A DNA stretch of 64,000 nt from an uncultured bacterium (lineage in GTDB: Bacteria > Chloroflexota > UBA5177 > JANWHV01), in contig CAWHAE010000017.1 in assembly GCA_963827235.1 (NCBI GenBank), forward strand, positions 96,001-160,000. Reading direction: 5' to 3'. Below the pieces are notes generated by a model, which saw nothing but the letters and a program-made list of their open reading frames with translations, did not search any database and was not told the origin of the DNA. Both the position numbers and the translations under genes were made by a program. This document shows positions 1 to 9,942 of this stretch, in pieces. Positions within the stretch are counted from its first letter, which is position 1. The number at the start of each line of letters is the position of its first letter.

Positions 1-69
1 AGACAGTTCGGGACATCGTCACCGGCATGTCGGACGGACTCACGGTGCCCGTCGCGCTCGCGGCCGATC

Positions 70-400
70 TGTCCGTGCGGGATGGAGCGCGATCTGCACC
101 TCATCCTGCAGGTACACGTCAGCCTGGGGCAGCAGCGCCAGCAGCGCTGCCAGGTCAGGATCGTCTGCGCCGGTCGGCAGCGAGGGCAGGTCGGTCAGGC
201 AGCGGCGCGGTGCGACCGGCGTGGGTGAAGGCGACGGCAGGGCCGCGGTCGCCAGGACTGCCTCCACCCTCTCCGGCTGTTCGGCCGCCTTGCGCCGCAG
301 TGTCCAGGTGGCACGTTTGCACACGTAGTCGGCCTGGTGCAGATGGCGGCGCACCGTCTCGATGCCCACACGAGAGCCGGTCGACGTGCCCACGGCGGGG
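70..400 (-). mobile_element. IS630-family-like transposase remnant
   Basis: Part of ORF 40..594 reads VGIETVRRHLHQADYVCKRATWTLRRKA...VYLQDEVQIALHP (winged HTH followed by the first DDE aspartate, 'QDE'); the rest is missing; boundaries approximate. Confidence 0.6.
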
Positions 401-557
401 TCCCACCGCTGGTATTGCGCGCTCGAGCGCGAGTGATCCGGATCTCCCTGCGGCCTAGACTTGAGGTCACGGACGAGTTCGTGAGAGTCACGCGGAATGA
501 GACGCAGGTCGTCTTGCCGCTGTCGGCGAGCAATAAGACGTTCGAGGAGTGCATACG

Positions 558-779
558 ATGGCCACGCTACGTCACCAATTGCTCGGGCAGCCACTCGCTC
601 GGCGAGACGGCCAGCCTGCGCGCTTCAAGACCGGCACGACGCTGGCTGCCGTGGCCTTTCTGGCAGTCGAGAGCGGCAATCTCTCTCGCGAACAGCTAGC
701 GTCGATGCTCTGGCTGGGCCACGATCTGGCGGATGCGCGCAACATCTGCGCGCCGGCGGGGCAGCCCGAACGCAGGTGA
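558..779 (+). pseudogene. Truncated SARP/AfsR-type regulator N-terminal DNA-binding domain
   Basis: LLGQPLARRDGQPARFKT..LAAVAFLAVE..LSREQLASMLW...AR matches the OmpR-like wHTH start of BTAD regulators; stops after ~75 aa. Confidence 0.6.
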
Positions 780-941
780 GGTGCGCAGCGCAGTAGCCCG
801 CAACAACGACCGTCTGGGCACGCCTTCCGCATCGTCGACTCCTCCAGTTCGCCGCAGCCAAGATGGTCGCCCGTGAACTCGTCGAGATACACTGAGCATA
901 TTGCACTAATATGACAGGAGAGTTGCCACTGTTGAAGGGTA

Positions 942-995
942 TAGGAGTACCTTAGTACTTCTATAGTTGACGCCAGCCGCGTGCAAGCCCATACT
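942..995 (+). promoter_or_regulatory. Island promoter P1 (22-bp box + -35/-10)
   Basis: TAGGAGTAC-CTTA-GTACTTCTA (942-963), 3 nt, TTGACG (967-972), N17, CATACT (990-995). Confidence 0.75.
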
Positions 996-1211
996 GTGAG
1001 AGGATCGACGTCGTGCCTGGTTGACGAGACGATCCACGGCCGGAGATTGTCGGTCGACCCTGCTGAAGCCGCGAATGGAATGGGAGCAAGCTCGCAGCCC
1101 GTCTCAATGGAGACCTGTGCAGGCAAGCCGAACGAGGCGTGCTGAGGTGAGGGGGCAGACCAGCACGGCCAATCAGCACCGTTTCTCACACAAGTGGAGG
1201 CGAGGGAACAG

Positions 1212-1784
1212 ATGATAGACGACGCGAAGGATACCTCTGTCCAGATGGCTGAGAATGCCAAGGATGCAGCAGGGAACTTCATGGAACGGACAGCCGACAA
1301 GCTGAGAAACTGGGCCACCAAGCCTGTGCATGCTGTTGCAGACGCTACTGAGCACGCCGCAAAGGCAGCTGTTCACGCGGCTGAGCGACACACAGATGCG
1401 GCTGTTCACGCGGCTGAACAGAGCAAGGATGCGGCCGTTCACGATGCCGACCAGCTCAAAGGGCTGGCGAGCCATCTGGCCGAACCCGTCAGGGAGTCAG
1501 CGACCGACGCGGCGGACCAATCTAAGAAGACGATCGTTCGCCTGGGTCAAGTAGCAGAGGTGTCTGCCAACGAGCTTGGAGACCATGTGCACAGCGGCGC
1601 TAGTCAGGTAGCTCAACATGCAAGATCGCTGAGCGCTGGCCTTCTGCATGCTGCCCGCGATCCGAGGAAGATTCCACGGTGGTTGGTCGGCGCGCTGGCT
1701 TTGGGCGTCTGGCTCGCGGTTGGTCAGATGCTTCGCAAAAAGGGGCCCAAGGATGACCAGCTGGATCAAGTGACGGACGCTTAA
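1212..1784 (+). CDS. LEA-like hydrophilic protein with 11-aa repeats and C-terminal membrane anchor
   Basis: A/D/E/K/H-rich helical sequence, repeated AAVHAAE units, single C-terminal hydrophobic segment, purine-rich RBS. Confidence 0.7.
   Translation: MIDDAKDTSVQMAENAKDAAGNFMERTADKLRNWATKPVHAVADATEHAAKAAVHAAERHTDAAVHAAEQSKDAAVHDADQLKGLASHLAEPVRESATDAADQSKKTIVRLGQVAEVSANELGDHVHSGASQVAQHARSLSAGLLHAARDPRKIPRWLVGALALGVWLAVGQMLRKKGPKDDQLDQVTDA
1365..1463 (+). repeat. Three 33-bp (11-codon) tandem repeats
   Basis: GC(A/G)GC(T/C)GTTCACG units start at 1365, 1398 and 1431. Confidence 0.85.
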
Positions 1785-1848
1785 CCGCTGGAGGGCACAA
1801 CCGAGCGCCCGTTGCATGCCAACCTTCCAAACGGAAAGAGAAACGAAC

Positions 1849-2220
1849 ATGGCACAGATCGAGATTACGCCGCAATCACTCATCGTCCATATCACCGGCG
1901 CCGATCGGCTCTGGTCGCTCAAGAGCCGTCTGGAAATCCCCCTGGCGCATGTCGTGGGCGCCAACCACGCAACGGACGACGCGGACAGCTGGTTGGAGGG
2001 TTTCCGTCTTGGCGCCGTGTACGTGCCCGGCGTGCTGAGCGCCGGCAGCGTCCATCATCAGGACGATCGCGTCTATTGGGATGTCCACGACTCAGCCAAG
2101 GCGATTGCCATTGTCTTGAAAGATGATCGCTATGCGCGGCTGGTTGTTGAAGTTGACGATCCCGCCGCGACACTTGCCGCGATTGCCAAGGCGCTCCAGG
2201 TTCCAGCCGCAGCCCACTAG
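1849..2220 (+). CDS. Small PH-domain-like hypothetical protein, copy A
   Basis: Clean ORF; near-identical paralog at 3151..3525. Confidence 0.8.
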   Translation: MAQIEITPQSLIVHITGADRLWSLKSRLEIPLAHVVGANHATDDADSWLEGFRLGAVYVPGVLSAGSVHHQDDRVYWDVHDSAKAIAIVLKDDRYARLVVEVDDPAATLAAIAKALQVPAAAH

Positions 2221-2439
2221 CGCCCTCCTGGAAGCCTGGCAGAATCCTGCGGCGATCCCGCTCCCAGAAGCGCGTCCGAGCGTCACAGCACCGAGGAGAG
2301 TCGGCCAGTGGAGTTGGCCCACCTTCATGGACGAAGCACTCAAGCTCGCTGGGCAGCCCAGTCGCCGCCGGGTCTGCTCCGCCGGCACGCCGTACAAACG
2401 CGCACCGCCCCAAAGTCGGTGCAAGAGAATGGATGCCGT

Positions 2440-2960
2440 CTGTCCCTGGTCGATTGAACGAAGCCGCCGTCCATGCTCCCGCACCAGGCCGCGCACGCTA
2501 GTGGCGCGCACCACCCCCTCTTCGCCGGTCTTTCAGCCCAAGAGCCGGGCCACCGAGGCGAAAGGCTAGTCCTGGGCGACAAGACGAGCCCACTCCTGCA
2601 ACCCTCGCGTCGTGAGCATGCCACGATGGTCGGAGAGCAAGGTGTTCCCGGGCAGCACATGCTGTCCGATGGCCCGGTGCACAGAGACCTGACTGCGCAT
2701 CTGGAGCATGCCAAAGCGGCAGGCGATATGCAGCGTTGCGTAGCCATCGGCCGTTAGACTGGAAAGCTCGTGCTTCGCCGGAAGCGGCGCATCGCCTGGG
2801 TGTCCAGTTCCTTCCACTCCAACTCGTAGAGACAGCGCAGGAACTGGTCGCCCGTCCGCTCCACCTGTGCTTCCAAGTCGTCCAAGAGCGCCGCTAGTGC
2901 GCACAGGTGCCGGCGGCAAATGGGAGCCATATGCTGCTAGTTCTCTCTGACCAGCAGCAT
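2440..2960 (-). mobile_element. Decayed transposase (ISKra4/ISLre2-like, tentative)
   Basis: Fragments LDDLEAQVERTGDQFLRCLYELEWKELDTQ and DGYATLHIACRFG...HVLPGN..RGLQEWARLVAQD*PFASVARLLG* with in-frame stops; family assignment from memory only. Confidence 0.45.
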
Positions 2961-3150
2961 ATGGCTCCCGCCTGCTCTTCGACCAGCGCGCCACGTTGAG
3001 ACCCGCCAACCGGGGCGATCGGCGCGAAACGCTCTCGCGTGATCGCGGCCAGGGCGGTGCCACCGGCCTGGCCTCATGCTGAGAGATCTGCGCGTCTATG
3101 CCAAACCGAGCTGTATGGCATAGAATCCTTCGTGAGGAACGACCACTCGG

Positions 3151-3525
3151 CTAGTGGGACGCTGCTGGAGGCTGGATCGCTTTGGCAATGGCGGCAAGAG
3201 TCGCCGCGGGATCGTCAACTTCAACAACCAGCCGCGCATAGCGATCATCTTTCAGATTGATGGCGATGGCCTTGTTCGGATCATGCACATCCCAGAAGAC
3301 GCGATTGTCTTGATGATGGAAGGTGCCAGCGCTGAGCACTCCGGGCACATGCGTGAGGCCTCTGTGGACGAGGCCCTTCAACCAGGCGTGCGCCTCCTCC
3401 GTCTCCTGGCTGGCGCCTACGACATGCGTCAGTGGGATTTCCAGGTGGCTCTTGAGCGCCCAGAGCCGATCAGCACCCGTAATGTGGACGATGAGAGCCT
3501 GCGGTGTTATCTCTATGTGTGCCAT
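3151..3525 (-). CDS. Small PH-domain-like hypothetical protein, copy B
   Basis: Paralog of 1849..2220 (IVHITGADRLW...DDRYARLVVEVDDPAATLAAI); GAGG RBS. Confidence 0.8.
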   Translation of the reverse strand: MAHIEITPQALIVHITGADRLWALKSHLEIPLTHVVGASQETEEAHAWLKGLVHRGLTHVPGVLSAGTFHHQDNRVFWDVHDPNKAIAINLKDDRYARLVVEVDDPAATLAAIAKAIQPPAASH

Positions 3526-3733
3526 CTTCGTGACTGTTTCCTCTCGCTATGCACCGATTGACGGAAGTATCTGGGCCCATATCCCAGGTGCGTGGGCCAG
3601 CCGTATCCTCCCATGTGACCGTTGACGGAGTCACAAACGCCTTGGGCGACTCCTGGCGCAGGTCCCCGAAACGCCCACGTGTGCCAGCAACCCGGCCTTG
3701 CCAGAGCCAGTGATGCGGGTAGGGCTCCTCCAG

Positions 3734-3787
3734 AGTATGGGCGACTCCTACAGCAATGTCAACCATTAGTGAAGCATTCTCCATCTA
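3734..3787 (-). promoter_or_regulatory. Island promoter P2
   Basis: Sense strand TAGATGGAGAATGCTTCACTAA, 3 nt, TTGACA, N17, CATACT. Confidence 0.75.
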
Positions 3788-4033
3788 TGCACCCGAGAGT
3801 ACGCCATCCTCAGGTAGTATTGTCTGAATACCATGATAGAAACACCCGGATATCGCGTCCTTGAGCGCAACTATTGGTGATCTCATCATGGCTGACTGCG
3901 CACCGGTCCTGCCATCTCGCACGATCAATCATGATCGTGACATCGCCGCCGCACTTGCAGTTGGACCGTTCCCATGGGTTGCGCGCGCCGCGTTCGCCGT
4001 CCAACACGGCATGCAGCGCGGAGGCAGGGATCG

Positions 4034-4906
4034 TCAGGGCTTCCGGCCAAAGGCGCCAATACCGTGCATGCTCGCGAAGAAGTGTCCCTCGGCGTCCGCT
4101 TCCTGCCACTCCTGCCGTAGGCTACCGACTTCGTCCGGCGTGAGCGCGCCAGCTGCCACGGCCGCCGCTTCGACGCGATCCGCGAGGAGCGCGTATTGGG
4201 TGAACGAGTAGCTGGTGAAGTAGACCGGATAGACCTCGATGACGATGTCGTTCAGCTCGTGCGAGGCGAACAGGCGAAGGAGTCGACGACCAGCATAGCC
4301 GTTGCGAAGGAACCCCTCTATGAAGAAGCGCACATAGCGCCGCTCCAGCTCAACCTGCATGCAATCGAACGAGAGCGTCCCCCAGTCTGGCTCCAGGACG
4401 CCGATCCATCCTCCGGAGCGACTCACGCGCACCAACTCGGCGAATGCAGCCTCGGGACACGGCAGGTGCTGGAAGATCCGCTCGGCGCGGACGCGGTCAA
4501 ATGCTGCCGCTGCGAACGGCAAGGAGAGTGCGTCGGCCTGGATGTGCGTGGTCCATCCATCGACACGGGCACCAACTGCACTCCGGTTTGCCTCGGCAAT
4601 CAACGCGGGGTCGTCGTCCACTCCGATCACGGCGCCCGTAGGACCAACCAGGTCAGCGAGGTCAATCGTGTCGGTTGCCGGACCACAACCGAGATCGAGA
4701 ACTCGGTTACCGGGCTGGAGACGCAACAACTCGTAACTGCGGCGCTTCTGTTGCTCCCAGAGAGACGCCACAGCCTGGAGGTACTGGGGATCGATGTAGC
4801 CAGGCATGCTCTGAACTGCGTGGATTCGGCACTCGATATCCTCGTGTTCAACGCTCATCCGGATTATCTCTCCCCAGAAGAGCTTCGCCCCGCGAGACTC
4901 GAACAT
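4034..4906 (-). CDS. Class I SAM-dependent methyltransferase (UbiE-like fold)
   Basis: VLDLGCGPATD motif I, ADALSLPF..FDRV; start may be 4858. Confidence 0.85.
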   Translation of the reverse strand: MFESRGAKLFWGEIIRMSVEHEDIECRIHAVQSMPGYIDPQYLQAVASLWEQQKRRSYELLRLQPGNRVLDLGCGPATDTIDLADLVGPTGAVIGVDDDPALIAEANRSAVGARVDGWTTHIQADALSLPFAAAAFDRVRAERIFQHLPCPEAAFAELVRVSRSGGWIGVLEPDWGTLSFDCMQVELERRYVRFFIEGFLRNGYAGRRLLRLFASHELNDIVIEVYPVYFTSYSFTQYALLADRVEAAAVAAGALTPDEVGSLRQEWQEADAEGHFFASMHGIGAFGRKP

Positions 4907-5044
4907 CGGCGCCGGATGTGCAAGGCCGCCAAACCGGGTGTCCCAGGTACGTCATCGAAGGGAACCGTCGTCCGCGCACCCATGCCCGCACGCTCAATCC
5001 ATGAACGCACCAGAGCGTGGCTGCCATCTCCTTCATCCCCTCGA

Positions 5045-5099
5045 AGTATGCGCGCTCGAGCATGCCCTGTCAATGTATAGTGACAAGTAACTCTAGCTA
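5045..5099 (-). promoter_or_regulatory. Island promoter P3
   Basis: TAGCTAGAGTTACTTGTCACTA, 4 nt, TTGACA, N17, CATACT. Confidence 0.75.
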
Positions 5100-5441
5100 A
5101 CACCGAGATTACTTGCGCAACAGTTCACGATACTACGAGTTAGCTTATGGTAATTATGGGGCTTCCAAGCAGGTGGGCTGTACGCGGCGTGGGCACCCCC
5201 ATACGCATCACACACGCCCCACGCTTCTCCTGTTGGGCATGGTGTTCACTGCCTTCGGGTGGCACACGCGCAGCAACCGTGCTGTGTTCTGGGCATCATC
5301 AATCATCAGTTCATCGCCGGTGCCCACACTAAGCGGCGGTAGACGGTACGTTCGATCCCGAGGCCTTCTCGCTTGACCAGATCAGCCAGACACTCAGAGG
5401 CCTCTGATCATACTGGCACAGCCATCGTGAGCTTAGGGGGA

Positions 5442-5780
5442 TTATCCTTTATAAGTTGTAGGGGCCCCGTCCTCTTTCCAGTAATCCTGCCGATCGTACA
5501 GGCTGGCGGAGGCGCTGAACAACCCCGCCCCCTCACCGTGTCGCATCTCATCGTAGCGCTCGCTGGCGCTTACTTGGGCCTTGGTCAGTGAAAGCTGTAC
5601 CACGTTTCCGTCGACGCTGGCTTGGTCAATTGGGAGCACCACATCGCTCCCAAACACCCCATTGTTCATAACCACTACGAAGCGTGGGACGCCTTCTTCC
5701 GTGACGAGTATGTCGTCAACCACGCCGGCATCGCCGTCCCTTGCCCGGGCTGGCATGCCAATGCGAATAGCGTCGTTCAT
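5442..5780 (-). CDS. PRC-barrel domain protein
   Basis: IRIGMPARARDGDAGVVDDILV..PRFVVV..GVFGSDVVLPI; GGAGG RBS. Confidence 0.8.
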   Translation of the reverse strand: MNDAIRIGMPARARDGDAGVVDDILVTEEGVPRFVVVMNNGVFGSDVVLPIDQASVDGNVVQLSLTKAQVSASERYDEMRHGEGAGLFSASASLYDRQDYWKEDGAPTTYKG

Positions 5781-6274
5781 GATTGCCTCCTTGATGACGG
5801 GCGGATTCTTCGCGCAGCATCGCGCTGATGCGATGAGCGCGACGCCCTTCCTTGAGAAGCAGTTTTCGCCTGAGCGACTTGCCCATGCACATCGAATGCT
5901 TCGCGACCTAGAGCCAGGCCGCGGTAGCATGTACACAAATTGGCTACGTCTTGCCAGTCTCGAGATCGACCGGCACGGGCGGATATCTGCCGCCGCTGCC
6001 TTGGTCTTCGAGCGCCAGGATCAGCGTCTGATTCCTGGCTGGTCGACCGGAGTCGCAGGCTGCGGAGCACACGGAACAGCTCGTCGCTCGCAGACAGCCC
6101 ATAGTCGATAGTCACGCCGACGGTCCCTGGCAGTGCTGTTCGGCCGCAGTTCCGCCACATGGGTCAACTGGACTGGGGCTTACGCAAGCCACGTTCCCTT
6201 GTCTCTGCAGTGGCTAGCGACGTGACGGCTTTGACGCGAGAAAGCCGGGCGTCCCCTCCGCCGTGAGGGTCAGG

Positions 6275-6832
6275 CTATTTCACGTTGATCTTCAGGCGAT
6301 TCGATTCCGCCTCCTTTGGCTTCGGCATACGGACCTCGAGCACGCCGTCGGCAAAGCTCGCATGGATGTCCTCGGCTCGCACCCCCTCAGGCACTGGGAG
6401 CCGGCGATAGAAGCTACCGTAGCTGCGTTCGCTGCGGTAGAACTGCTCCTCACGTACCTCATGCTCCTCGTGCCGCTGGCCATGGATAATCAAGCTATCC
6501 TGCTCAAGCTCGACCTCGATATCCTCTTTCTTCACCCCTGCCAGCTCAGCCTTGACGACGAGGTGATCGCCTTTCTCGTAGACGTCAACACGTGGCTCCC
6601 ACACCGAACCCGTCTGCGACCATACGCGGGGAGCGGGGAATGGTGACCCTCCCATGAATGGGGTCAGCTGTGCCCGGATCTCTGCCATCTCCCGCCGCAT
6701 ATCGTCGAACAAGTCAAACGGCTCCTTTCGGCGCAAGCGCTGTTCCTCATGCGGCTGCATGGCAGCACCGCTGCCCTTTGCCACGTGTACGTCGTCCTTG
6801 CCTTCCTGGACTGTGACGTCTGGCTTAGCCAT
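6275..6832 (-). CDS. Hsp20/alpha-crystallin small heat-shock protein
   Basis: PRVDVYE..AELAGVKKEDIEV..ERSYGSFYRRLPVP..ASFADGVLEV.MPK. Confidence 0.95.
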   Translation of the reverse strand: MAKPDVTVQEGKDDVHVAKGSGAAMQPHEEQRLRRKEPFDLFDDMRREMAEIRAQLTPFMGGSPFPAPRVWSQTGSVWEPRVDVYEKGDHLVVKAELAGVKKEDIEVELEQDSLIIHGQRHEEHEVREEQFYRSERSYGSFYRRLPVPEGVRAEDIHASFADGVLEVRMPKPKEAESNRLKINVK

Positions 6833-6918
6833 CGAAAACTCTCCTCTACTGGAGCTATGCTGTGTGACCGTTCGCCGCTGCCGCCGGTTGGGATCGGTTG
6901 TCATCGTGGCTCTCCCAA

Positions 6919-6972
6919 AGTATGGGCGTCTCTTACCGCAATGTCAACTATAGGCGTAGTAGTCTCCAATGA
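6919..6972 (-). promoter_or_regulatory. Island promoter P4 (hsp20)
   Basis: TCATTGGAGACTACTACGCCTA, 3 nt, TTGACA, N17, CATACT. Confidence 0.7.
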
Positions 6973-7064
6973 TAGCTCGGACGACACGCGAGGTAGGGGT
7001 CGTATTGTGTGAATACCCTCATAACAAGTCCAGCAAGGAGGTCTGCCACTGGCGCGCGACCGTG

Positions 7065-7721
7065 TCAGCGTGCTGCGCTCCACCGCCGTGCTGTGTACCA
7101 ACCGGTCACGTTCAGGGCCGCCTGATAGTCCGGCACCCACACGTCGACGTGCGCGCCCAACACCGCTGACCCCGTGTCGGCCGCATAGCACCTGCCAACG
7201 CCAGCTAGGTTGACCTGGGTACCGAGCGGAATGAAGTCGGGATCGACAGCACAGATCCCCGGACCCGCGGGAACCCCGGTAGCGGTCGTGCCCGCAAGAT
7301 CATAGCCGGTAACCCAAACCTGCTCCTCGTGCACAATCAAACCGGCGGTACGGCGGGATTGGCCCGCGGAGGCTGCGCTCATGCTGCCGGTCCCCGATGG
7401 GTGGTTCGCGCGGCGGGTGCCAGAAGCCAGGCCGAGTCCACACGTCTGGACGTGCCAGGGCTGCGCGTCAGGCCGGCGCAGTCCCCGCACCACGGGTTGC
7501 CCAACGGTACGTACGCAACTCACCCTGCCTGCGATCATGCGGGCAGTCGCCACATGCGCGATCCGCGGCAACTGCGGTGCAGTGTACGTGTGTCCTCTCT
7601 GAACCACGGCGAAACCTGCCGCGCAGAGAACGCCGGCGAGAGAGAACGCGACGAGATGACTGGTAGTCATGAGCGGCCGGTGCCGAGCGTCCTGCTTCGC
7701 CGCGGAAAACAGTCCAGCCAC
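7065..7721 (-). CDS. Secreted/membrane 3D-domain (MltA-like) cell-wall lytic protein
   Basis: VTGY..GTTATG..ICAVDPDFIPLGT..AADTGSAVLGAHVDVW (three conserved Asp); N-terminal hydrophobic segment. Confidence 0.85.
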   Translation of the reverse strand: MAGLFSAAKQDARHRPLMTTSHLVAFSLAGVLCAAGFAVVQRGHTYTAPQLPRIAHVATARMIAGRVSCVRTVGQPVVRGLRRPDAQPWHVQTCGLGLASGTRRANHPSGTGSMSAASAGQSRRTAGLIVHEEQVWVTGYDLAGTTATGVPAGPGICAVDPDFIPLGTQVNLAGVGRCYAADTGSAVLGAHVDVWVPDYQAALNVTGWYTARRWSAAR

Positions 7722-7862
7722 TCCAACACATCATCGCTGCCTTCATCGCTTGGTTCACGCGGCTGCGTCTGATCCGCGGGCCGCTGTGCGGATGGCCGTA
7801 TGCTCGCGCCGGCAGCCGATTCGCCCATGCAGAGTCTGTGAGATGTGGTACTCCGGGCGGCA

Positions 7863-7888
7863 AGACTTCTTCCAGGATATGGAGTTCC
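7863..7888 (-). promoter_or_regulatory. Possible ECF-sigma promoter upstream of the 3D-domain gene
   Basis: GGAACT-N16-GTCT on the minus strand. Confidence 0.3.
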
Positions 7889-7950
7889 AATCTCGGCTCG
7901 AGCGAATCGGCCAGCCGAGGCAAAGGCGTCGCTCGCCGCACAGCTGGTGC

Positions 7951-8949
7951 TCACGTGAGGCGCGCCTCGTTGACCACCACGGCTGAGCCCTGGAACGCAC
8001 CGTGGCGGAGCCGTTCGAGTGCCGTGTTGACTTCCGCGAGCGGATGAGACTCCACGGTGGTGCGGATAGGGATCCGTGGCGCCAGGGCCAGGAACTCCTC
8101 CCCATCACGGCGTGTCAGATTCGCCACCGAGCGCACGGTCCGCTCCTCCCACAGAAGATCGTAGGGGAAGGTCGGGATGACGCTCATGTGGATGCCCGCG
8201 CAGACTACGGCACCGCCCCTGGCCAGCGCCCGCAGTGCCGCCGGCACCAGATCTCCGGCCGCGGCGAAGATGATCGCCGCGTCGAGCTCCTCGGGCGGCC
8301 GTTGTCCCGAGCCGCCCGCCCACTCGGCCCCGCCCGTCCGCGCGAACTGTTGCCCCGCTGCATCCCCGTCGCGCGTGAACGCGAACACCCGGCGTCCCTG
8401 GTGGCGTGCCACCTGCGCGACGAGGTGCGCGGACGAGCCGAAACCATACAGTCCCAACCGTTCCCCATCGCCGGTCATCGTGAGCGCGCGATAGCCGATG
8501 AGGCCGGCGCACAGCAGGGGCGCCGCCTGCAAGTCCGGGAAGCCCGCCGGGAGCTGGAAGCAGTAGCGGACGTCGGCCACCGTGTAGTCGGCATAGCCTC
8601 CGTCGATGTCGTAGCCAGTGAACCGGGCGTGCTCGCACAGATTCTCGCGGCCGGCGCGGCAATAGCGGCAGGACCCGTCAGTGGAACTGAGCCACGGCAC
8701 CCCGACGCGGTCGCCGGGAGAAAAGCGCTCGACGCCCGCCCCACGGTCGACGACCGTGCCCACGATCTGGTGGCCGAGGACGAGCGGAAGCTTGGGACGC
8801 GGCAACTCCCCGTCGATTATGTGGAGATCAGTGCGGCAGATCCCACACGCATGCACCTCGAGCAGTACCTGTCCCTCGCCTGGTCGAGGCTGTGGCAGGA
8901 CGGCCTCACGCAAGAGTTCGCCGGGTGAATCCAGCACCATCGCGCGCAT
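7951..8949 (-). CDS. Zinc-dependent alcohol dehydrogenase family protein
   Basis: CGICRTDLH, LGHQIVG, CRYC..ENLC, GLYGFGSSAH; AGGAG RBS. Confidence 0.92.
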   Translation of the reverse strand: MRAMVLDSPGELLREAVLPQPRPGEGQVLLEVHACGICRTDLHIIDGELPRPKLPLVLGHQIVGTVVDRGAGVERFSPGDRVGVPWLSSTDGSCRYCRAGRENLCEHARFTGYDIDGGYADYTVADVRYCFQLPAGFPDLQAAPLLCAGLIGYRALTMTGDGERLGLYGFGSSAHLVAQVARHQGRRVFAFTRDGDAAGQQFARTGGAEWAGGSGQRPPEELDAAIIFAAAGDLVPAALRALARGGAVVCAGIHMSVIPTFPYDLLWEERTVRSVANLTRRDGEEFLALAPRIPIRTTVESHPLAEVNTALERLRHGAFQGSAVVVNEARLT

Positions 8950-9094
8950 CGCGCACTCCTTCCCTGCCTCTATTTCCCTCAGGCCTCCTCGGCCACGTTG
9001 CGAAACGCTGCTCTTTCCAAGGCCGATCACAACGTCACCGGCGAGCAGCGAACTGGCCCCGTCTCCACGTTGGAGACGGGGCAGGCGGTGCGAC

Positions 9095-9514
9095 CTACCG
9101 GTTGTAGTAGGGGTACGGTGGGTACCTGTATCCGTCATTCCAGTACGGCGCGTAGCCGTAGTAGCCGTAGAGGTCGTCCAAATAGCGCTCGTCGTGTTTG
9201 GTGACGAGTACCGGATCGTAGCGCGGGGCGCCGTGCAAGTGCTCCCCTCCGCGGTCGATGGTGACCGCGTCGTAGGCAATGCTGGTAATCGCGTCAACCG
9301 GAATCAGCACGTGCGTGGCGCCCAGGCCCAGGAACCCGCCGCACTCCACTCGAAGGAACCGCACCTTGTTCTCGGCGTCATCGACCATCAAGCCGTCGAC
9401 GGTGCCAATGTGCTTCCCCGCGTTATCCAGGACTTTCCGGCCCCGGACGTCGTCGTCGGCGTGTGCTACCGTCTCGCCGATGTCGCGTAGTCTCCGCAGT
9501 GTCGAAGCGGTCAT
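9095..9514 (-). CDS. PRC-barrel protein with Tyr-rich tail, copy 1
   Basis: DVRGRKVLD..G.HIGTVDGLMVD..VRFL.V..GGFLGLG..HVLIPVDAI; YGYYGYAPYW tail. Confidence 0.9.
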   Translation of the reverse strand: MTASTLRRLRDIGETVAHADDDVRGRKVLDNAGKHIGTVDGLMVDDAENKVRFLRVECGGFLGLGATHVLIPVDAITSIAYDAVTIDRGGEHLHGAPRYDPVLVTKHDERYLDDLYGYYGYAPYWNDGYRYPPYPYYNR

Positions 9515-9606
9515 AGTTGCCCTCCTGCTCTGTCGATATCCCCCCGAACATGGCGCGTGTGCCAACTGCGTGATAATCAGCGCGCGGTGCCGAGGGGTTC
9601 CTCTGT

Positions 9607-9660
9607 AGCATGGGCTTCTTCCGCCCCAAAGTCAACCATAGATGAAATATCCTCTATCTA
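9607..9660 (-). promoter_or_regulatory. Island promoter P5
   Basis: TAGATAGAGGATATTTCATCTA, 3 nt, TTGACT, N17, CATGCT. Confidence 0.8.
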
Positions 9661-9942
9661 AAATCGAGTCAATGAGCTATAATCCGGTCATATACTATGA
9701 GGACCATACTATTAATTCCAGCTCGTGGCACTTCTGCGCGTTGTGGACGAGAGGAGGCGGCTATCTCACGGCTCTCCGGCATGCCGGCGTGCCGGACCGC
9801 CTTGTCCACTCTGAGAGCAGGGACATTCGACGGCCCCGCAGTCAGCGAGACGACGTGACGTGCGATGAGGTGCCCGGCGGCAAAGTCCCATACCGGTGAC
9901 CACGTGAGGGCAACACACGAAGCAAAGAGGAGGACATTGTTC

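Noticed and set aside
7722-7950. Possible c-di-AMP (ydaO) riboswitch before the 3D-domain gene
   Set aside because: Expected by context, but the conserved GCUGAAUC and GUCAGCUAAC-type segments are absent.
8950-9297. Long N-terminal extensions in the ORF track (ADH; also 24047, 45685, 56677, 58429, 12311)
   Set aside because: They overlap neighbouring genes or leaders; better RBS-supported starts lie downstream.
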